A DNA stretch of 64,000 nt from Chthoniobacterales bacterium (GTDB lineage Bacteria > Verrucomicrobiota > Verrucomicrobiia > Chthoniobacterales > UBA10450): assembly GCA_035644055.1 (NCBI GenBank), contig DASQPH010000033.1, positions 3,308 through 67,307 of the forward strand. Reading direction: 5' to 3'. The stretch's first letter is position 1, and each line of letters begins with the position of its first letter. Shown here in pieces: positions 36,401 to 44,100 of the stretch. Made by a program: the position numbers and the translations under genes. The notes below the pieces were generated by a model, which did not search any database, had not been told where the DNA came from, and saw only the letters and a program-made list of their open reading frames with translations.

Positions 36401-38063
36401 CACCGGCACGCCACCTAACGTGACCTATACGCCCACTTCAAACTACAACGGCCCTGACAGTTTCCAGTTTACAGTGACTGACAATGGCGATGGCACATCC
36501 CCGGCATCAACCAGTGGCGCGGCCACGGTCACCATAACCGTCAACGCGATCAATGATCCGCCGACCGCTAATGCGCAATCGGTGACGACAAATGAAGACA
36601 CGGCGAAGAGCATTGCCCTGACCGGATCCGATATAGAGAACGATCCCTTGATCTTCAGCGTAGTCACAAGCCCGACGCATGGCTCGTTGACCGGCACGCC
36701 GCCTAATCTGACCTACGCACCTGCCGGCAACTACAACGGACCGGATAGCTTTACCTTCAAGGCAAATGATGGTCAGGCTGACTCGGCGCCTGCAACTGTC
36801 TCTATTACAGTCAATGCCGTTAACGACGCTCCGTCCTTCACCAAGGGAGCGGACCAAACGGTTACCGCCGGATCAGGCGCGAAGACCGTGAACAACTGGG
36901 CCACGAATCTTTCCGCCGGCCCAGCGGATGAATCAGGTCAGGCCGTGAACTTCATCGTCTCGAATAACAACAACAGCCTGTTCTCCACGCAGCCGGCCGT
37001 GAGTTCCACCGGCACCCTCACCTTCACGCCGGTCAACAGCGGCTCTGGCACAGCTACGGTCAGCGTCTCCATTCACGACAATGGCGGGACCGCGAATAGC
37101 GGCCAGGACACCTCCGCGATCCAGACCTTCGCCGTTACTGTCAATCCATCACCAACGCCAACCCCCACACCTACAGCGACAGCGACCGCAACGGCTACGC
37201 CAACAGCTACTGCTACTGCCACAGCCACGCCTACCGCTACAGCAACGGCCTCGGCTACTCCCACAGCTACTCCGACTGCTACACCAGTTCAGGCCCTGAA
37301 CATTGCAACGCGCCTGCGGGTTGATACCGGCGAGAACGCCATGATCGCCGGCTTCATCATTACCGGCAACAGCGACAAGGCAATCGTCCTTCGCGGCAGA
37401 GGCCCCTCGCTCGCACCCTTTGGCATTCCTGACTTCCTGGCCGATCCAGTTTTAGAGCTCCATGGGCCCACCGGTTCCTTGATTACCTTGAATGACAACT
37501 GGAAGGACACCCAACGCAGCCAGATCGAAGGGACCATCTTCCAGCCCACCGATGATCACGAATCGGTCATTCTCGCGAGCCTTACTCCTACTGCCTATAC
37601 CGCCATCCTGGCGGGCAAGGGCAACACGGCTGGCGTCGGCATTGTCGAAGTGTTCGATAACAACCAGGCCGCCAACTCACAGCTTGCGCAAATCAGCACG
37701 CGCGGGCTTGTCCAGGGCGGCAACAGCGTGATGATCGCCGGATTCATCCTGGGCGGCAGCCAGAACCCGACTCACGTCGCGATCCGCGGCATTGGACCCT
37801 CCCTGGGCCAGTTCGGAATCAACAACCCTCTCCCTGATCCGACTCTCGAGCTCCATGACGGCAACGGCACGCTGCTGATCGCGAACGACAACTGGCTTGA
37901 CGATCCGGTTTCGGCCGCGCAGTTGACCGCGAACGGTCTCGCGCTTTCGAACACGAAAGAATCCGGCATCTTCACCACCCTGCCCGCGGGACAATTCACG
38001 GCGATCCTGGCCGGGAAAAACGGCAGCGGCATTGGCGTGGTTGAGGCCTATAATCTGAAGTAA
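30462..38063 (+). CDS. Giant secreted multidomain surface protein (2533 aa): LamG, two CSLREA-type beta-helix modules, Ig-like domains, Calx-beta with a nested delta-60 propeller, cadherin-like repeats, tandem C-terminal module
   Basis: Uninterrupted 7.6-kb ORF with TTG start and short signal peptide MGRTLVLLSAAWLFIPAPRVSG. Domain motifs are listed in the sub-features. Confidence 0.9.
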   Translation: MGRTLVLLSAAWLFIPAPRVSGDTCTTPPGGMVSWWPGDGDATDIQSGNNGTLQGSVPFAPGEVDQAFSFNGNPANYVSVPNSASLELTTFTIDAWIYPTTDAPVAQWILDKGPSSGDANYALSLSKFPDGNHAEIDFDDASIGHQFVDSIGPIPLNTWTHVTGTYDGTTLKLYVNGILDNSEMFSTTPATTGQPVTIGLRGTSQYPFNGLIDEVEVFDHALTDGQVLTIYNAGSAGKCKPPPRVVTKTADTDDGVCDSDCSLREAIAVAQAVPGADTINFNIPTSDPGYDSGTGVYTIVENSYLAIQSDVTINGLGANVLTVKRADGAPNLSVFIIYPGTVVSISGMTITNGNYVGGLGGGIYNFGSTTVSNCVITGNSVGSSGYGGGIFNHAANSSDASLTLIESTVSNNTAIYGGGVGNLANDGRTATLTIIRSTVSGNTTPGGGGGGIVNIINSGSNGTLTITNSTVSGNSSEYGGGIFSVGGTSIFTNVTVTNNRADLDNDGIGDGGGLYNGSVGGITLENIIVALNYKGVGSSATADDIYGGTLEAASSYNLIGTGGDGGLVDGVNNNHVGVANPGLGALQNNGGPTQTHALIGGSLAIDQGNSFSLATDQRGAGFSRPVDLDDATYPNASDAADIGAFELQTLPPSPLPNAPDLQAASDTGDSDTDNITEDNTPTFDITGVTSGTLIELVRNGVPVASGIATGTTITLTDNGPAPDGTHSYTARQTVNGATSADSPALSVMIDAPPSVTINQASSQADPTNSSPINFTVVFSENVTGFSNGDVTLSGTAGATTATVTGSGATYNVAVRGMTDNGTVVVSIPAGAAEDTTGHPNTASTSTDNAVTFFGSVFTSLEVNSTADSDDGQCTTDPGGCTLREAINAANADPGVDTITFASGLTGTITLDTALPPLSDMTIIGPGVSQLTVRRNSTAATRFRIFTITNSALVSISGMTISDGYTADGQSGPFPTLGDNGGGILNGSGATLNLTNVVIKGNRTGNGGSISTGTNITSANGGSGGGIFNEGGAVLNLTNVIVSDNVAGNGGDAGDAASVNVHSGPGGSAGAIFNGSGAALSLTNVTVTNNTAGNGGNAAGGNAFAGAGGDGGGILNSAMLTTCTNSTFSGNRAGNGGNVSGGTNVFGGRGGFGGAIAVFFTSDPSNLTSVTISGNRAGNGGTASGSNAFPGGGGVGGGILGGGTFTITNSTVTNNTPGAGGNGGGIYSPGGTGPILRNTIVAGNHAVSGGIGPDLIGPFDSQGYNLIGNNSGATITPNTGDQIGTSGSPINPLLGPLANNGGPTQTHALLPASPAVDKGDSSGSAIDQRGQPRPFDLSNIANASGDGSDIGAVEDTAVQFSATTNSVNENAGNATITLQRLGNPIGPVTAKVTITDVTASSADYVFASGVLDAAFNAGGAGANSSVLAVATQPDGKIVIGGTFTSYNGDVAANDYIIRLNTDGSRDTTFNSGGAGADGQVVAVALQPDGKIVIGGNFTKYNGEAAANDYIMRLNADGSRDTTFNPGGAGANGQVAAVAIQTDGKIVIGGYSASYNGNTVSSYITRLNADGTPDATFNPGSAGADNFVYTVAIQTDGKILIGGEFTSYNGDSAASDYVMRLNVDGTRDTTFNSGGAGPNGFVGATAVQPDGKIVIGGNFTSYNGTGAANDYIMRLNADGSRDNTFNAGGVGADDVVAGVAVQPDGKIVMGGYFTVYNGDPDASDNVMRLNSDGTPDTTFNAGGAGTNASVNAITMQGDGKIVGGGYFTSYNGNTAASDYIIRLDSDLFVTWPAGDGTDKTILLPIVNDMLHEADETLTLTLVPLVGAATTGEIAPQTLTIVDNDNTAPVATNQAVSTNEDTAKNITLTGSDADNDPITFSVVSSPSHGALSGTAPNLTYTPASDYNGADSFTFKVNDGRVDSTAATVSITVNAVNDPPTANAQSVSTNEDTAKSITLTGSDKETPSGSLTFAITATPAHGILTGTPPNVTYTPTSNYNGPDSFQFTVTDNGDGTSPASTSGAATVTITVNAINDPPTANAQSVTTNEDTAKSIALTGSDIENDPLIFSVVTSPTHGSLTGTPPNLTYAPAGNYNGPDSFTFKANDGQADSAPATVSITVNAVNDAPSFTKGADQTVTAGSGAKTVNNWATNLSAGPADESGQAVNFIVSNNNNSLFSTQPAVSSTGTLTFTPVNSGSGTATVSVSIHDNGGTANSGQDTSAIQTFAVTVNPSPTPTPTPTATATATATPTATATATATPTATATASATPTATPTATPVQALNIATRLRVDTGENAMIAGFIITGNSDKAIVLRGRGPSLAPFGIPDFLADPVLELHGPTGSLITLNDNWKDTQRSQIEGTIFQPTDDHESVILASLTPTAYTAILAGKGNTAGVGIVEVFDNNQAANSQLAQISTRGLVQGGNSVMIAGFILGGSQNPTHVAIRGIGPSLGQFGINNPLPDPTLELHDGNGTLLIANDNWLDDPVSAAQLTANGLALSNTKESGIFTTLPAGQFTAILAGKNGSGIGVVEAYNLK
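30531..31190 (+). other. LamG / concanavalin-A-like lectin domain (Laminin_G_3 type)
   Basis: PPGGMVSWWPGDGDATD...GEVDQAFSFNG...YVSVPNS..FTIDAWIYP...WTHVTGTYDGTTLKLYVNG...GLIDEVEVFDHALT...IYNAGSAGKC. Confidence 0.75.
31191..32405 (+). other. CSLREA-motif right-handed beta-helix module 1
   Basis: TADTDDGVCDSDCSLREAIAVAQ...DTINFNIP, then repeated GGGIxN...TVSNxxxxGN turns. Ends HALIGGSLAIDQGN...DQRGAGFSRP...DIGAFE. Confidence 0.7.
32406..33030 (+). other. Two Ig-like domains
   Basis: ASDTGDSDTDNITEDNTPTFDITG... (adhesin-type Ig-like) and INQASSQADPTNSSPINFTVVFSENVTGFSNGDVTLSG... Confidence 0.55.
33031..34523 (+). other. CSLREA-motif right-handed beta-helix module 2
   Basis: NSTADSDDGQCTTDPGGCTLREAINAANADPGVDTITFA. 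Many GNGG/GGGI turns. Ends HALLPASPAVDKGD...DQRGQPRPFD...DIGAVE. Confidence 0.7.
34686..35813 (+). repeat. Seven tandem delta-60-type repeats (~53 aa / ~160 nt each), predicted 7-blade beta-propeller
   Basis: Seven occurrences of Q[PTG]DGKI[VL]xGGxF[TS]xYNG...DY[IV]xRLNxDG[ST]xDT[TA]FN.GGAG. Confidence 0.8.
35988..37148 (+). repeat. Three cadherin-like (tandem-95 type) repeats plus one divergent Ig-like unit
   Basis: The unit VNDPPTANAQSV[ST]TNEDTAKSI[TA]LTGSD...HG.L[ST]GT.PN[LV]TY.P...YNG.DSF.F... is repeated three times. Confidence 0.7.
37149..37286 (+). repeat. Thr/Ala/Pro low-complexity linker (SPTPTPTPTATATATATPTATATATATPTATATASATPTATPTATP)
   Basis: Direct translation. Imperfect (ACN-GCN)n coding repeat. 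Confidence 0.9.
37287..38060 (+). other. Tandem C-terminal module, copies C1 (37287-37664) and C2 (37665-38060)
   Basis: ALNIATRLRVDTGENAMIAGFII...VLRGRGPSL...PVLELHGPTG...NDNW...ESVIL...YTAILAG...GVGIVEVFDNN, then LAQISTRGLVQGGNSVMIAGFIL...AIRGIGPSL...PTLELHDGNG...NDNW...ESGIF...FTAILAG...GIGVVEAYNLK-stop. Confidence 0.85.
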
Positions 38064-38086
38064 GATTTCACTGGGATTCTCGAACT

Positions 38087-38151
38087 TTTCGTTCGGCCGC
38101 GCGATAAATCTTGACGCGATTCCGGCTCTTCCCGTAAAAACAGCAGCGATT
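38087..38151 (+). promoter_or_regulatory. Conserved promoter-like block upstream of the 4730-aa gene (TTGACG-N18-TAAAAA)
   Basis: CGATAAAT at 38102-38109, TTGACG at 38111-38116, 18-nt spacer, TAAAAA at 38135-38140. From the TTGACG onward, 33 of 41 positions match 30397-30437 by hand count. Confidence 0.5.
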
Positions 38152-38190
38152 GCGTGATTCGACATTTCAACGCCGAGAGAATTCGGGGTT

Positions 38191-41100
38191 TTGGGGCGCA
38201 TAACGCGATCGCTCAAGCCTAAAATGAGTCCCCTAAAGCTCCGCAACGCACCTGCCATGCGAACAAAACCGCTCGGTCTTACGACTCGGGTCTCGGGCCA
38301 CTTCGCCATTTCGCTTTTCGCAGCAGTCTTGGTCGCGGCAATCGGAAGTTCGGCGGGGACCGCGCGAGGGGTCCAGCCGAATGTCAGCATTACCACGCTT
38401 CCCACCACCATCACTCAAAACTTCGACACTCTCCCCGCCAGCGGAAGCGCGACCTGGACCAACGACAGCACTCTGCCCGGGTGGTATCATGCGCGCACCG
38501 GCAATGGCACGACGATCGTCGCGAATGATGGGCTCAGTAATGGTGGCAATCTTTATTCTTACGGAACTGGGACAAACACCGACCGGGCCCTGGGATCCGT
38601 CGGATCCAGCAACGCCGCCGCCGGAAGTTTCTTCTGGGGGATTCTGCTCACGAACAATACCGGGGCCACCATTACCTCCCTTGATATTTCATACACTGGA
38701 GAGCAATGGCGCAATAGCGCGGCGGCCGCGCAAACGGTTTCGTTTTCTTATCTAATAGGAACTACGCTGACCGGAAGCTTGGTCGAGTTTCAAAGTGCCG
38801 GCGTTGCCGTAACGCAATTGAATTTCACCAGCCCAATAACAGGCGGCACCGCTGCCGCACTCAATGGCAATCTCGCGGCGAATCGCACCGCTATCTCCTT
38901 CACAATCGGTAGTCTCAATCTCGCCGACGGACAAAGCATCATGCTCCGCTGGTCAGATCCCGACCACACTGGCTCGGATCATGGTCTCGCCATCGACGAT
39001 TTTTCGGTAACGGCGAATGGCTCTGGAGGCCCGACGCCTACGGCATCTCCCACGGCGACCGCCACAGCAACCCCGACAGCAACCGCGACTGCGACACCCG
39101 CGCCAATTGCGGTTCACGATATTCAAGGCAGCGGCGCGACTTCGCCGGTGGTCGGACAAACCGTAACGACTACGGGGATTGTAACCGGCATTAGAAGCAA
39201 TGGCTTCTTCATCCAGACTCCCGATGCTAGTGCGGACGCCGACCCAAATACGTCTGAGGGAATCTTCGTCTTCACCAGCAGCGCGCCTCCCGCGGGCGCG
39301 GTGGTCGGAAATGCAGTCTTAGTCACTGGCACGGTTCAGGAATTCATACCCTCCGCCGATCCGTTCAGCCCAGCGCAGACGGAAATCTCCGGCTCCCCAG
39401 TTACAACCGTGCAGTCAACCGGCAATCCTTTGCCGGCGCCCCACGTGATCACGGCGGCTGAGACACAGGTCAACGATCTGAATAACCTCGAGAAGTACGA
39501 GGGCATGCGGGTGCAGGTGAATTCGTTGACAGTCATCGCGCCTACACAGGGCACAATCAGCGAAGCGAATGCGACTTCGACCTCGACTGGATTTTTTTAC
39601 GGCGTGGTTACAAGTGTGGCGCGACCTTTCCGCGAACCCGGCATCGAGGTCGGCGATCCGGTGCCCACGCCGTATCCGTCAGGCCCGGCGCCCGCAAACG
39701 TCCCGCGGTTCGATTTCAATCCCGAGCGGTTGCGAGTAGGCAGTTGTGCCCTCACTGGTTCGTCCTGCATCGACGTTACAACCGGCGCGACGCTCACTAA
39801 CCTCATTGGGCCGCTTGATTACGGATTTCGCACTTACACTATCGACGTCGATCCCAGTTCACCGCCGGTTGTAGCTGGAGTCGTGGGTTTCGTCTCCGTG
39901 CCGGCCCAACTAGCAAGCGAGCTAACCGTCTCGAGCTTTAATCTGCAGCGCTTCTTTGACACGGTTGAGGACCCGGCTGTGGGCGATGTCGTGCTTACTA
40001 CGACTGCCTTTAACAATCGTCTCAACAAAGCATCACTGGCCATTCGCAATGTCCTGCTAATGCCTGACGTGATCGGCGTAGAAGAGATGGAAAACCTGAC
40101 AACGCTGCAAGCCATCGCGAACAAAGTGAATGCCGATGCCGGGCCTGGCACAACTTACCAGGCCTTTCTTGCAGAAGGTAACGATGTTGGCGGAATCGAT
40201 GTCGGTTTCCTGGTCAAGACGCAAGCTAATGGTCTGCCGCGCATCACGGTGAATAGCGCCATCCAGTATAACAAAGCAGAAACTTTCATTGATCCGAGTA
40301 GTAACTCTTCCGCTTTGCTTAACGATCGGCCGCCACTCGTGCTGCGTGCGAGCGTCGATCAGGCTGGTGGCGGTACCTACTCGTTTACTGTAATTGCAAA
40401 CCACCTGCGATCGCTCAGCGGCGTCGATAGCACGACAAGCGCGCATACGCGGGTGAAGCGCCAAAAGCAGGCCGAATCGCTCGCGACTCTGATTCATTCC
40501 TTCGAGACCGTTGGCGACTCGAATCGCGTAGCGCCATTCGACGATAACATCGTCTCGGTTGGCGATTACAACTCATTTGAATTCAATGATGGTTATGTTG
40601 ATGTGGTAGGCACCGTTCTCGGAACGCCGGCCCCGGCCGACCAGGTGGTGCAGCCTTCGGCGACTATCAGCACTGACATGACTGATCTGATTCAGTTTGC
40701 CGCGGCCGGGCAAAACTATTCTTACACTTTCGATGGCGACGCGCAGGCGCTTGATCACGAGTTGGCTAACAGCAGCATGGTCGCGCGCTTGACCCGCCTT
40801 GCTTACGGCCGCATGGATGCCGATTACCCTGAAGCCTATCGCAGCGATCCGAACCGTCCCGAGAAACTTTCCGATCACGATCCGTCAGTCGCCTACTTCG
40901 ATCTAACGCCTGCGCCAACACCAACACCAACACCTACGCCTACTGCAACTGCAACTGCAACTGCAACTGCGACGGCTACAGCCACAGCAACGGCAACTGC
41001 GACTGCAACCGCTACCGCTACGTCAACACCTACCGCGACTGCTACATCCACACCTACCGCGACTCCGCCGGCCGGGCCCATCGCAGTCACCAACACCAAC

Positions 41101-44100
41101 GATAGCGGCGCTGGCTCATTGCGCGCCGCGATCACGGCGGCCAACCTCAACCCCGACGCGGATATCATCGCTTTTGAGGCCAGCGCGACCGGGACGATCA
41201 ATTTGCAAAGCGCGCTGCCCACTCTCTCGACCGACATGACGATTCAGGGGCTGGGCGCGAATGTGGTGACCGTCAGGCGCGACACGGTTCCCGACTATCG
41301 TATTTTCACCGTCAACAGCGGGAAGACGGTGACGATCTCCGGCCTTACGATCAGCAACGGACGCAGCTACGACGGCGGTGGCATCAGTAACGCCGGCACA
41401 TTGACCGTCACCAACAGCACGCTCAGCGGTAATTACACTCCTAGCTCATGCTGCTTCAGGGGCGGCAACGGGGCCGGCATCTTCAACAGCGGCATGCTGA
41501 CGATCACCAACAGCACGCTCAGCGACAATCATACTAGCGACGGCTCCACCGGCTCCCAGGAGAAGGCCGAGGCCGGCGACGGCGGCGGCATCTACAACAT
41601 GGGCACGCTGATCGTCACGGACAGCACGCTCAGCGGCAACCAGACTGGCATAGGCGGCATCTGGGAATTCGTGGGTCCATTTGGTTTCAACTTCGTTGGC
41701 GGCGATGGCGGCTCCGGGGCAGGCATCTTCAATTTCTCCGGCACAGTGACCGTCACTCACAGCACGCTCAACGGCAATCGATGTGGCAGGGCTGGCGGCC
41801 CTGCGGGACTAGGGGGCGGCTTCGGCGGCAGTGGCGCCGGCGTCTTCAACCGGTCCGGCAGCGTGACGATCACCAACAGCACGCTGAGCGGCAATCAGGC
41901 TGGGTGCGGCTCCAGCTCCCCGGCGGAGACGTCTAATGGCTTCGGTAGCGCCATCGATAATAGAGACTTGCTGATCGTCACCAACAGCACACTGAGCGGC
42001 AATTATAACCTCTGCGACGGCGTTGACGAACGTGACAGAGCCGACACCTACGGCATCTACAACGGAGGCACCGCGACCTTCAAGAACTCGATCATCACCA
42101 ACAGCGGGATCTACGGGAATTGTGCGAACGACAATGGCGCTCCTTTCAATGGCTCAGGAAGCAATCTCGAAGCCGCCGGCGGCCTCGGTGATGCCTGTCC
42201 CGGGTTTACCCAGGTCACCAGCGGCCAGCTCAACCTCGGCGCACTCGGCAACAACGGCGGGCTAACCATGACGCACGCGCTCCAGCCGGGCAGTGTGGCT
42301 ATCGACGCCGGCACCGATTTGACGACACTCAACGTCCCGCTCGATAACTCGACGAACACAGTCGTGGTGATTGACGCAACCAGTATTCCTGGCGGCATCG
42401 GTTTCCTGGTCCGGATCGATAACGAGCAGATGAGTGTCACCTCGAAATCGACCAACACTTTGACAGTCGTGCGTGGAGCGAACGGCACGACGGCCGCGGC
42501 GCATAGTGCCGGCGCTGCGGTAAACGCGGCCTTTGACCAGCGCGGCGCCGGCTTCCCGCGGCTACGCGACGGAAATGGCGACAGCACGGCGACGGTCGAC
42601 GTCGGCGCATTCGAGGCCACAGGTACCGCGCCATCCCCCACTCCGACTGCTACCGCGACTGCAACGGCAACGGCAACGCCGACGGCTACCGCGACTGCAA
42701 CGGTTAGCGCGACTGCAACCGCGACGGCGACGCCTGTGACCTCGCCAACACCAACAGCCACGCCCACAGCTACGCCTTTCGGGCAGGAAATATTGTATGG
42801 CATCTCAAATGGGTTGGGCGAGCCAGCGGAGAACCTGATCTACCGGATCGATCCTGCGAACGGCGATCTGTCCAATATGGTGCAGGTAACGCTTCCGGGA
42901 TACACGGTTGGCAGGGTTCAATCGCTGGTCATGCGACCCAGTGACGGCGTTTTGTTCGCAGTCGTTCAAACCCAATCGCCGGATGGACCGCGCCGACTCG
43001 TAACGATAAATCCGACTACCGGCGTATGCACGGATATTGGGGCGTTCACCGAGCAAATCGCTTCTTTGGCTTTCCGCGCGAGCGGGACACTCTATGCCGC
43101 GAGTGGCACTATCATCGGACCCGGACTCCATCCAAAGAGCCTTTTTACGATCAATACGACCACGGCCCAGGAGACCCTTCTCTTTGCTTTGGTAAATGGG
43201 GATGGTGGCGAAACGATAGTCTTTCACCCTAACGGACTTCTCTACCATGCCTCGGGCGGCACTCCCGGTGCGTCCCCGGCTATCTTCGAAAGCATCAACG
43301 TCGATACCCAGGCGGTGACACCGATCAATTCGGATTCTGTTCCGGAGTGCTTCGCGATGGGCTACTCGCCAAGTGCCGGCACGTTGTTCGGTTCGGATTA
43401 TAATTCGGATCTTTATACCGTGGACATCACTACGGGCATCCGGACCTTCGTCGGCGCCATGGCCGATCAGTTGCCGGTTAGTGGCATGATCGCGGCTCGT
43501 AACCGCGGCCTGGCCTTTGCCGTTACTCAGGTGTGCAGCGCACCGCCCGGTGGCATGGTGAGCTGGTGGCCGGCCGATAACACTCCGGCTGACATCGAAG
43601 GCCATCACGACGGAACCTGGACCGGAACGCCGGTCTATGCCGCAGGCGAAGTAGGCCAGGCTTTTAGCTTCGACGGAACTACGGCAAACTATATCGTGGT
43701 CCCGAACAATACCGCTCTCGACCTCACCCAATTCACCGTAGACGCGTGGGTCTATCCTACAGCTAGTCCGGATGCGGGCTTTGGAACTGTGATTGATAAG
43801 GAATTTTCCACGGGCGGAATCAACTACGCATTGTTTGTCGGGCACGACGGTACTGTCGAAATTGACTTCAACGCAGGTAGCCACCAATTCGTTGACTCAG
43901 CTCCCGGCGCCGCTCCGCAGAACACATGGACCCATATCGCAGGAACCTACGACGGCACAACCGTTAAGCTTTACGTCAATGGCGTTCTGAATGGCTCATT
44001 CGTGTCCAATCAAACGCCCACCGGCGGACAGGACCTTTATATCGGCGTCAGAAATGCAGCCAGCCTTCAAGGCGCATTCCAGGGCTTAATCGATGAGGTG

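Noticed and set aside
37287-38060. Calling the shared terminal module a T9SS C-terminal domain or a PPC domain outright
   Set aside because: I cannot run HMMs. The T9SS CTD is a single ~80-100-aa domain restricted to Bacteroidota-type genomes, and no por/gld/spr genes are in this window. The PPC resemblance is limited to a few spaced residues. It is kept as a hypothesis to test rather than an annotation.
40893-41237. Minus-strand ORFs reading VAVAVAVAVGV... (also 37073-37264, 42111-42803, 51189-51584)
   Set aside because: They are mirror images of the Thr/Ala/Pro linker-coding repeats of the + strand giant genes, not independent genes.
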